64,000 nt of DNA. It comes from Syntrophales bacterium (GTDB lineage Bacteria; Desulfobacterota; Syntrophia; Syntrophales; PHBD01). The translations under genes and the position numbers were made by a program. Below the pieces are notes generated by a model. It saw only the letters and a list, made by a program, of their open reading frames with translations, did not search any database and was not told where the DNA came from. The stretch spans positions 3,264,001 to 3,328,000 of the forward strand of contig OY764159.1 of assembly GCA_963668175.1 (NCBI GenBank), in the 5' to 3' direction. Positions 40,620 through 48,934 of the stretch are shown piece after piece (position 1 is the first letter of the stretch; each line of letters starts with the position of its first letter).

Positions 40620-41201
40620 ATGAAGATCACCGGTATCAATACCTACCAACAGTTTGCCAGCACCTCCCAGATGTCTGCGGCAACATCGTCGGCGACATCG
40701 AAAACTGCCGGCGGCAACGATAAAGAACAATCGCCGGAGGTCCAGCAGCAAATCCAGCGGTTAAAGGCCGTCGAGGCCAAGGTGAAGGCCCATGAAGCGG
40801 CCCATAAGGCTGCGGGCGGCGCCATGACCGGCGCGGTCACCTATCAATATACGACTGGACCCGACGGCAAGAGATACATTACCGGGGGCGAGGTTTCCAT
40901 CAGCCTCTCCAGGGGGAGCACGCCGGAACAGACGGTCAGCAACATGGAACAGGTGATCCGGGCAGCACTGGCGCCCGCCGATCCTTCCCCGCAGGACCGG
41001 GCCGTCGCCGGTCAGGCCACCGCTATCGAACAGCAGGCCCGCCAGGAAGAAACCGCCGATAAGAACAAGGAAACCAGCGAGAAGAAAGAACAAAAAGCCG
41101 CCACGGAGACCGGATCGCCCAAGTCCGCGAGCCCCGCCCAGGCCGCAGCCTATCAAAAGAACACGGCAGCCCCGGAACCGGTCATTTCCATCTTCGCCTG
41201 A
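40620..41201 (+). CDS. SprA-related family protein
   Basis: VKAHEAAH, GPDGKRYITGGEV, RAALAPADPSPQDRAVA. Confidence 0.85.
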   Translation: MKITGINTYQQFASTSQMSAATSSATSKTAGGNDKEQSPEVQQQIQRLKAVEAKVKAHEAAHKAAGGAMTGAVTYQYTTGPDGKRYITGGEVSISLSRGSTPEQTVSNMEQVIRAALAPADPSPQDRAVAGQATAIEQQARQEETADKNKETSEKKEQKAATETGSPKSASPAQAAAYQKNTAAPEPVISIFA

Positions 41202-41508
41202 CGGAGCCGTTGGCCGTGACGGCATGCCGCCGCACCACGCGCCATTCAACACCTCGACGAACCCTGTTTAACGGGCCATTGCATTTTTTTACCGGCAAGA
41301 TTCAAACATCCGGAATCATTGTATAGTTTAGAAATACCGCCGATCTATCGGGGGGTTCCTTCAGGGTCGCGTCATACCCCTGATGGATTTCCTGGATGAA
41401 TCATGATAGGGTATCTGTCTGAGTTTTGAAGACTTATACGCGTTCCGGTGCCCCTGCCGGAGAAACCGAACACGACCGCAACCCGGTCACCCAAGGAGTC
41501 CGCTGTCT

Positions 41509-42135
41509 ATGTCCGTCCAAATCTGGCTTGCTTTTGTCGCTGCCTCCGCCGTTCTGCTCGTCATCCCGGGCCCGACCATCCTCACGGTCATAAGCTATTC
41601 GCTCGCCCACGGCCGCCGGGTGCAAGGTCCCCTTGTCGCCGCCGTGGCGCTGGGGGATTCGACGGCTCTCGCCGTATCGCTTCTCGGCCTCGGGGCCCTG
41701 CTTGCCGCCTCGGCCTTCTGGTTCACGACCATCAAGTCGGTGGGCGGCCTCTACCTGCTCTATCTTGGATTCAAGCTCCTGCGTTCGGGAATTGCACCGG
41801 ACGAACCGACATCCGCGACGGTCAGCACTTCCCGCAGACGTCTCTTTATGAACACCTATTTTGTTACAGCGCTGAACCCTAAAAGCATCGTCTTTTTTGT
41901 CGCCTTCCTGCCCCAGTTCGTCAATCCGGAGGGCGATGCCGGGATTCAGTTGTCGATCCTGGCCGTGACATTCGTCGTCATGGCCGCGGTCAATGCAGCG
42001 CTTTACGCCGTGTTTGCAGGCAGCGCAAGCCGTCTCCTGGCCTCCGCGCGCGCACAGCGGACCCTGCATCTTGCCGGAGGCTCGCTCCTTCTGACCGCGG
42101 GCATGTGGGCGCTGCTCTCAAAGCGGCATACATAA
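41509..42135 (+). CDS. LysE-family translocator
   Basis: IPGP, GGLYLLYLG, LNPKSIVFFVAFLPQF. Confidence 0.93.
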   Translation: MSVQIWLAFVAASAVLLVIPGPTILTVISYSLAHGRRVQGPLVAAVALGDSTALAVSLLGLGALLAASAFWFTTIKSVGGLYLLYLGFKLLRSGIAPDEPTSATVSTSRRRLFMNTYFVTALNPKSIVFFVAFLPQFVNPEGDAGIQLSILAVTFVVMAAVNAALYAVFAGSASRLLASARAQRTLHLAGGSLLLTAGMWALLSKRHT

Positions 42136-42179
42136 GACATATCTCCGAATACAATCGCGTGAATCCAGACGACAACAAC

Positions 42180-42965
42180 ATGAAACGCAACCCGTGCGGA
42201 TTTTTTAAAACAGGGTACAGGCACCGGCTCCATTCGGTCCTCTTGTTCGTTGCCCTTATCTCTTCCTGTACCGGCTCCATCCGGCCGGACATATCCGCAC
42301 AACCGGACCGGCAGTATTTGAAATGCAGGACCGTTCAGGCGGATAACCGGCAGGGGCAGCGCATGCTTAAATGCTCCTTCGGTTTCGATCAATGCAATCT
42401 GTTTACGGCAACGGGCAAGAAAATGGCCGTTGAAACCGAATCGGGGGAGCAACTGGAGCTGTCCTGGACAGTGGACTGGCTGGGCCAGGGTAAAGTCTTT
42501 CCCCATTGGCTCTTTGCTCTTGAGTATGTGCGGCCTGACGGCCGGGGTGGATGGCTGCCTCCTGTGCGGATCGGCGAATGCCACTTCAGCGGCGGCTGCA
42601 ATTACGGCGAGTTCATGGCCCCCGACGCAAACGGCAACGGCGTTCCCGACTTTTTCGCCCAAATCTCCTGGGAGAGCTGGGACTACGGCAATGACGAAGG
42701 CATTCCGGACCATCTGGTCCTGATTCGCCATCTCTACGTCCGCGAAACGGACCGCTACTCCGTGACCCGGTATCTTTACCGGTATCCGGACGGCTGCAGC
42801 CCTCCTCTGAACCTGCCGGAAGACGTCTGCCGCATCAGGACGGCCTGTAAACCGCCGTATGAACCTGCCGGCGAGGAACCTATGGAGTCCCGTCTCCTTC
42901 ATCCACCGGCGGAAAATACGGATGCGGGAAAAGCGGAAACTTCCCGTGCGGACAAGCCACGGTGA
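42180..42965 (+). CDS. Hypothetical Cys-rich protein, possible lipoprotein
   Basis: Fills the gap between lysE and eamA; VLLFVALISSC lipobox-like; DANGNGVPD motif; start uncertain. Confidence 0.55.
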   Translation: MKRNPCGFFKTGYRHRLHSVLLFVALISSCTGSIRPDISAQPDRQYLKCRTVQADNRQGQRMLKCSFGFDQCNLFTATGKKMAVETESGEQLELSWTVDWLGQGKVFPHWLFALEYVRPDGRGGWLPPVRIGECHFSGGCNYGEFMAPDANGNGVPDFFAQISWESWDYGNDEGIPDHLVLIRHLYVRETDRYSVTRYLYRYPDGCSPPLNLPEDVCRIRTACKPPYEPAGEEPMESRLLHPPAENTDAGKAETSRADKPR

Positions 42966-43033
42966 CCATGTCCGGAAACCGATCCCCGAAGACGGCCATG
43001 ACATGAGAAACGGGCATCTAACGTAATCCGGCT

Positions 43034-43062
43034 TTGACATATATCCCCGTCGCCCCTATACT
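43034..43062 (+). promoter_or_regulatory. Sigma-70 promoter
   Basis: TTGACA-N17-TATACT. Confidence 0.7.
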
Positions 43063-43098
43063 ATCGCTTCCCAATATCTGTGAACCGGAGACGGAAAC

Positions 43099-43962
43099 GT
43101 GAGCATCCAGGCGTTAATCTTGGTTATCTCCGCAGCGTTCATGCACGCCCTCTGGAACTTTATCACCAAAAAAACGAACGGCGGAATGACCTTCATTTGG
43201 CTGGTATCGGTTGCCGGGGCGGTTATCTATCTTCCCTTTGTCGTCGTCCTGCTTGTCCGATACGATACCCCTTCCCCGGCGGCCCTCATTGTTTTCGCGG
43301 CGGGTAGCGCCATCATCCACTTGTTCTACTTCAGCATTCTTCAGCGCGGATACCGGGAAGGAGATCTTTCCGTGGTCTATCCCCTGGCCCGGGGAACGGG
43401 CCCGCTGCTCTCCGCCTCCGGGGCCGTTCTCTTTCTGGGAGAAAGACCGGGATGGACGGCCGCTAGCGGTATCGTCCTCATCATCCTGGGCATACTCACG
43501 ATGACGGGTCTCAGACTCCGCACCGGCGCCGACCGGAGACTGAAGGCGGGTGCGTTCTACGGTATCGCCACCGGGTTTTTCATCGCTTCTTACACCCTGT
43601 GGGACAAAGTGGCCGTAGCGCAATACGGGGCTTCCGCCGTCGTCCTCACCTTCGCCTCCACGGCCCTGCCGGCCTTTGTGTTCCTGCCCAAGGCGATCCG
43701 TTCGCAGCGGGAAGTGCGTCGTCAGATCGAAGCGCACGGGAAAGGGATCCTCATTGTCAGCGCGCTGATGCCCCTCTCCTATATCCTGGTCCTCATCGCC
43801 ATGAAAACGACACCGGTAAGCTACGTGGCGCCCGCACGGGAACTGAGCATCGTGTTCGGCGTCTTCCTCGGCGCCAACCTGCTCCGGGAACCCGATATGC
43901 GGAAGCGCATCCTGGCCGCTCTCGTCATGCTGGCGGGCATATCCCTCCTGGCCGTCGGTTAA
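43099..43962 (+). CDS. EamA/DMT-family transporter
   Basis: AFMHALWN, GDLSVVYPLARGTGP, YTLWDK, APARELSIVFG. Confidence 0.92.
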   Translation: MSIQALILVISAAFMHALWNFITKKTNGGMTFIWLVSVAGAVIYLPFVVVLLVRYDTPSPAALIVFAAGSAIIHLFYFSILQRGYREGDLSVVYPLARGTGPLLSASGAVLFLGERPGWTAASGIVLIILGILTMTGLRLRTGADRRLKAGAFYGIATGFFIASYTLWDKVAVAQYGASAVVLTFASTALPAFVFLPKAIRSQREVRRQIEAHGKGILIVSALMPLSYILVLIAMKTTPVSYVAPARELSIVFGVFLGANLLREPDMRKRILAALVMLAGISLLAVG

Positions 43963-44015
43963 TCGCGCCAAAAAGACGCTGTGAATAGGAACAGAGAGCC
44001 TGTCGCGGAAACATA

Positions 44016-44056
44016 AAGAAACCCCCGGTGCTAGGCGTCGCCGGGGGTCTGTTTTT
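44016..44056. terminator. Bidirectional intrinsic terminator
   Basis: ACCCCCGG/CCGGGGGT stem, A-rich left and T-rich right flank, between convergent genes. Confidence 0.7.
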
Positions 44057-44096
44057 GAATGCGATTCGATAAGGACGGAAGGTCCGTCCGCCGTTT

Positions 44097-44372
44097 TCAG
44101 CCGACCATATTCTTGATCAGGCCGATCACGGGATTCGTGAAGAGGGCCATCAGGGCCGTATAGAGGGCGAAGGCGCCGACGGCCTCTGCCGTATACATCT
44201 TCTCATACTTCTTCTTCAGGGAAACGATCATCATGCCGCCGATGACGAGGCAGCCGAGATGGAAGTAGGGGAAATTCCCGGGTCCGCCCGCCGCGTATTC
44301 CGCATAGCTGAAAGTGGCCGTAAAAAGAACTACTATCGCTGCGACCATCAAGGTTGTTATCTGCTTTTTCAT
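44097..44372 (-). CDS. Small exported/membrane hypothetical protein (91 aa)
   Basis: AAAGGGAGG RBS; signal peptide (FSYA) plus two hydrophobic helices. Confidence 0.8.
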   Translation of the reverse strand: MKKQITTLMVAAIVVLFTATFSYAEYAAGGPGNFPYFHLGCLVIGGMMIVSLKKKYEKMYTAEAVGAFALYTALMALFTNPVIGLIKNMVG

Positions 44373-44769
44373 AGTCTGTGTCCTCCCTTTGAGGTTATTT
44401 TTATTGTTTGACTTTATCTATTGGAAAAAGCATGCCAGAGACGGCAGGTTGTACCACAATTCTTTTATCTCATGATTATTGCTCGATATATTCAATAGCC
44501 TTAAGAGCCGGTTGCGATGTATTTTCGGTCCGGAAGCGCATCTTCCTTGAACGAAGCTTTCAAACGGTTGAAAGAAACGTCGGAAAACATGACGCGCTTT
44601 GCCTTGAAAATGGGTCGATCCGGACGCGGAAGACGTCGTTCAGGAGATACTCTCTTGCAGTCAAGGCTTGCCGAAATCGACAAAATATGTAAGATGCACA
44701 GGATCATACGACGAATACGCCCGTCCGCAGGATATACCCTGCGACTTTAATATTTAAAGGAACCATATC

Positions 44770-46587
44770 TTGAAAGTACCGCAAGCGGAGCCTTTTTGGC
44801 CCGGCGTCATCAAATCCATGGGCCTGGTCTTCGGCGACATCGGCACCAGCCCGATCTATACGCTCACCGTCGTGTTTGCCCTGACGAAACCGACTCACGA
44901 CAACGTCCTGGGAATATTGTCGCTGGTCGTCTGGACCATGACGATTCTCGTCACCGTCGAATATGCATGGCTGGCCACCGGTCTGTCCCGGAAGGGGCAG
45001 GGAGGCGAAATCGTCCTCCGGGAGATATTGCTGTCCTATCTGAAATCGGGCCGCACAGTCGCTTTCGCCGGCGTGTTGACGTTTCTCGGCGTATCGCTCC
45101 TTCTGGGCGACGGCGTCATCACCCCGGCCATTTCTATTCTCTCCGCCGTGGAAGGATTGTTAATCATTCCCGGCCTGGAAAATCTGGATCAGAATACCCT
45201 GATCGGCATCGCGTCGGCCATCGCCTTTTTCCTGTTCATCGCCCAGTCGCGGGGATCGGACCGTATCGCCGCGGCCTTCGGGCCGATCATGCTGGTCTGG
45301 TTTCTCACGCTGGGCCTTACCGGCATAGTCTCCCTGCTGACGATGCCGGATATCGTCAAGGCCGTCAATCCCTGGTACGCCTTTCATTTCTTCCAGACCC
45401 ACGGCATTACCGCTTTCTTCGTTCTTTCGGAGGTCATCCTCTGCGCCACGGGCGGCGAGGCCCTCTATGCGGACATGGGGCATCTGGGCAGGAGGCCCAT
45501 CATCAATGCCTGGTATTTCGTTTTCGCGGCCTTGATGATCAACTACATGGGACAGGGCGTCTTCGCCATCAATCACCCGGAAGCGAAGAACTATCTCTTC
45601 GGCATGGTCCGGCATCAGGCCGCCAGCCTTTATATTCCTTTCCTCCTCCTGACGGTCGTCGCCACGATCATCGCCTCCCAGGCCATCATCAGCGGCGTCT
45701 TCTCCATCATTTACCAGGGGATCACAACCCGGCTCATGCCCCTGATGAAAATCGATTTTACATCCCGCCGGCTGCACTCGCAAATCTACATAAGCGCCGT
45801 CAACTGGACGATGATGGTCAGCGTCGTCTTCGTCATATCCCTCTTCCAGAAATCGTCGAACCTCGCCGCGGCCTACGGCCTGGCGGTAACCGGTTCCATG
45901 ACCATCACCAGCCTCATGATGATCATGGTCTTTGCCCATACGACCAAATGGAAGGTCCCGATAGCCGTTACGGTCTGCCTCATCGATTTCATCTATCTGT
46001 CCTCGACCTTCACGAAACTCCCCCACGGCGCCTACTGGTCGCTCATCATCGCTTTCGTTCCCTTTCTCATCATGGTGATCTTCACCAGGGGACAGAAGAT
46101 GCTCTTCAGGAGGCTGCGTCCTCTCGATTTGCCGACGTTCCTGATCAGTTACGAACAGGTGTACGGCAAAGGCAAGAACATTACCGGCACGGCGCTTTTC
46201 TTTACGCGCCAGGGGACGGTTGTTCCCCCCTACATCGTCCATTGCATGCTGGGCAGCAGTATCATCTATGAGAACAATATCTTCGTTTCCATCGACCGGA
46301 CCGAGGAGCCCTTCGGAGAAGAGGCCCGATATCAGCCCAATTTCGCCACCGGCCTTCACCTCCTCGAAATCAAGGCGGGTTATATGACGGTCATCAACAT
46401 CGAACGGCTGCTTAAGGACAACGGTATCCGGGAAAAGATCATCTTCTACGGCGTGGAGGACATCTCCACGAGAAACCCCGTCTGGAAAGCGTTCAGCGTT
46501 ATCAAGAAATTATCCCCGAACTTCGTCCAGTTCCATAAACTCCCCGCCAGCAAATTGCACGGCGTCGTCACCCGCGTCGAGATGTAG
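44770..46587 (+). CDS. kup: KUP/HAK/KT potassium transporter
   Basis: GLVFGDIGTSPIY, GDGVITPAISILSAVEG, TGGEALYADMGH, LAAAYGLAV. Confidence 0.95.
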   Translation: MKVPQAEPFWPGVIKSMGLVFGDIGTSPIYTLTVVFALTKPTHDNVLGILSLVVWTMTILVTVEYAWLATGLSRKGQGGEIVLREILLSYLKSGRTVAFAGVLTFLGVSLLLGDGVITPAISILSAVEGLLIIPGLENLDQNTLIGIASAIAFFLFIAQSRGSDRIAAAFGPIMLVWFLTLGLTGIVSLLTMPDIVKAVNPWYAFHFFQTHGITAFFVLSEVILCATGGEALYADMGHLGRRPIINAWYFVFAALMINYMGQGVFAINHPEAKNYLFGMVRHQAASLYIPFLLLTVVATIIASQAIISGVFSIIYQGITTRLMPLMKIDFTSRRLHSQIYISAVNWTMMVSVVFVISLFQKSSNLAAAYGLAVTGSMTITSLMMIMVFAHTTKWKVPIAVTVCLIDFIYLSSTFTKLPHGAYWSLIIAFVPFLIMVIFTRGQKMLFRRLRPLDLPTFLISYEQVYGKGKNITGTALFFTRQGTVVPPYIVHCMLGSSIIYENNIFVSIDRTEEPFGEEARYQPNFATGLHLLEIKAGYMTVINIERLLKDNGIREKIIFYGVEDISTRNPVWKAFSVIKKLSPNFVQFHKLPASKLHGVVTRVEM

Positions 46588-46617
46588 GACACAAATAAGA
46601 CCTGCCGGCTTGCCAGG

Positions 46618-48111
46618 TCAGGGCGTCGCCGGCGAGTACTTTTCCCTCATACCGGCGCCGCCGGAATTACCGGCCTTTTCCGGTTTGACGTTCGGCCGAC
46701 CGCGGATCACGGTTATCAGACGATCCACGATTTCGTTCATTTTGATCGCCTGTCCGGCCATCAAATCGGAAGCCGCTTCCGATTCCTGGGCCTGCCCGGC
46801 GTTCACCTGCACGACCCTATTGATCTCGACGACCGCCTTACCGATTTGTTCGACCCCCTGTGCCTGCTCACGGGAGGCCGCGGTGATCCCTTCGATGATG
46901 TCCACGACGCGCGCCGTTTTCTCGGCGACTTCCGCGAAAGATTCATGCGTCCGTTCCGTCAACTCCGTACTCTTCCGGATTTTGCGGACCGTATCCGACA
47001 GGAGCTTTTCGCTGTCGCGGGCGGCCTCCGTCGTCCGGGCAGCCAGTTGCTTCACTTCGCCTGCGACCACCGCAAATCCGACGCCGGCCTCCCCCGCCCG
47101 CGCCGCTTCCACGGCGGCGTTCAGGGCCAGAAGATTGGTCTGAAACGCGATCTGATCGATACTTTTCATGAATTTCTGCGTTTTCTCGCTCTCTACGGAG
47201 ATGTCCCGCATGGAGAGGGTGAGGTCCGATATCGCCCGGTCCGCTTCCTTTACGTTGTCCAGGGATTTCATGACGATGGCCCGCGCCTGTTCCGCATGTC
47301 CGGAATTTTCAACCGTCATCGACTGCAATTCCTCGAGGGACGCCGATGTTTCTTCGACGGCCGCAGCTTGCCTGCGGGCCCCTTCCGAAAGGGCCTGGCC
47401 GGCGTCCAGTACCTGTCCCGATATGGACGACACACCCTCGGCCTCGGCCGACAACTCGGCGATGATACGGTCGATCGGTCTCGTGACGCTCCGTGTCAGC
47501 AACACGGCGAGTACTACACCGAACAGGAAGATGCCGGCACCGATCAGCGATATAAGTGTAAGACCGGATTGATAGGCGCGGTCCGCTTCCCGGCCCGATG
47601 CCGCCATCGCTTCCTCCTGAAAACGGATGATGGCTTCGGCCAGCGCATTGATCTTCACCTGTACCGGCTCCATTTCCTGACTGATGAATCTTCCCGTCTT
47701 CTCGCCTTTACCCTCTGCCGTCATATCGTAGGCCATTTCGTTCAGCGTCTTAAGTTCGCCTGCCATCATGTGCAGGTTATTGAGAAGCTCGCGTCCCTTT
47801 CCCGCCCCGACGACCTTCAACAATTCCGCCATGCTTTTCTCGTAATCGGCATAGGCCCCGTCCACCTTCTTCTTTTCATTCTCGATGAAAGCGATATCCC
47901 GGCTCAGGGCCATGTTTCGTGTGGCAAGGGCGCAGGCATCGATCCGTTTGACCGCCGTGTTCACGAGAAAGACAATCCGGTGCTGACGATGAACGACGTT
48001 CTCGAGATGTTCGTTCAGCATCCGGAATTGGCCTATTCCCGCCAGGGCCATGCCTGCCGACAGAGCAATGATGACGCCGAGGCCCAGCGCCAGCCTTGTT
48101 CCCAGCTTCAT
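46618..48111 (-). CDS. Methyl-accepting chemotaxis protein (four-helix sensor)
   Basis: Two TM segments; IAFQTNLLALNAAVEAARAGEAGVGFAVVAGEVKQLA. Confidence 0.94.
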   Translation of the reverse strand: MKLGTRLALGLGVIIALSAGMALAGIGQFRMLNEHLENVVHRQHRIVFLVNTAVKRIDACALATRNMALSRDIAFIENEKKKVDGAYADYEKSMAELLKVVGAGKGRELLNNLHMMAGELKTLNEMAYDMTAEGKGEKTGRFISQEMEPVQVKINALAEAIIRFQEEAMAASGREADRAYQSGLTLISLIGAGIFLFGVVLAVLLTRSVTRPIDRIIAELSAEAEGVSSISGQVLDAGQALSEGARRQAAAVEETSASLEELQSMTVENSGHAEQARAIVMKSLDNVKEADRAISDLTLSMRDISVESEKTQKFMKSIDQIAFQTNLLALNAAVEAARAGEAGVGFAVVAGEVKQLAARTTEAARDSEKLLSDTVRKIRKSTELTERTHESFAEVAEKTARVVDIIEGITAASREQAQGVEQIGKAVVEINRVVQVNAGQAQESEAASDLMAGQAIKMNEIVDRLITVIRGRPNVKPEKAGNSGGAGMREKYSPATP

Positions 48112-48406
48112 CTCTTTTCCGATTATTCTTAACCGTTGGTTCATGAGGCAAGAAACCCTCCTATTCCCGATATGCATCCGATACGCGGTGAATAACCGTT
48201 TATATAAAGCAGAAGTGTTACAGCCCCGTGATTGTTCGATGAAAGTTTTATGAAGAATGGCGCAAGCGGGAGACGTCTTCGTTTACCTGGACCATGCGCG
48301 GCATCATCGATCCAATTGCAGAGAATTTCACGAACTATTCATGATTCCGTCATCAACACGTCAAAATTCATCGCTATGATATCCAAAAATGAAAGGAGGC
48401 TGTACG

Positions 48407-48694
48407 ATGGATACGAAGCAAACAGGCATCAAGATGTTCGATCTCAACAGGAAGTTTTTCGACAACGCCTTCATGGCCGCAGGCAACATTCAAGACCAGT
48501 TCGAAAAGATGATGGTATCCTGCATGACCCTGTCGCCGTGGTTCCCCGAAGAGACCCGTACCTGGATCACGGAACGGTTCGACACCTGCAAAAACTGGCG
48601 CAATCAAGTCAAAGCCGCCGTAGACGGGCATTTCCAGAACATGAAAAACGATTTGTACGGCAGCGGCGGCGCCATTGCAGACACGGCCCGATGA
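48407..48694 (+). CDS. Small helical hypothetical protein (phasin-like)
   Basis: AAAGGAGG RBS; amphipathic FDNAF..QDQFEKM..PWFPEE pattern. Confidence 0.65.
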   Translation: MDTKQTGIKMFDLNRKFFDNAFMAAGNIQDQFEKMMVSCMTLSPWFPEETRTWITERFDTCKNWRNQVKAAVDGHFQNMKNDLYGSGGAIADTAR

Positions 48695-48839
48695 ACAAGA
48701 TCGTCCCGTCCCGATGACGGGACGCCGTTCACCCGCCAATGCACATGCTTTCTCCAGCGCACGCACGTCGATATTCGCTCCGATGCAAATAGCATAACCC
48801 TCCTCGCGTCGATAAGCCTGCAGTAGTAAGAATATTACA

Positions 48840-48868
48840 TTGACACCCTCGGATATACTCCTTACAAT
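48840..48868 (+). promoter_or_regulatory. Sigma-70 promoter
   Basis: TTGACA-N17-TACAAT. Confidence 0.65.
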
Positions 48869-48934
48869 GTGCGTCTGTGGAGCACATGCCCCTTCATCGC
48901 GTGAACCGGTCGAACCAACTCGGGAATACGTCGG

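Noticed and set aside
3509..43030. Recurrent TAATCCG heptamer in several intergenic regions
   Set aside because: A handful of 7-mer hits in 64 kb is compatible with chance; no consistent position or flanks
44373..44769. c-di-AMP (ydaO) riboswitch upstream of kup
   Set aside because: The conserved GCTTAATC/GCGGGGGA/GGTGAATC segments are absent
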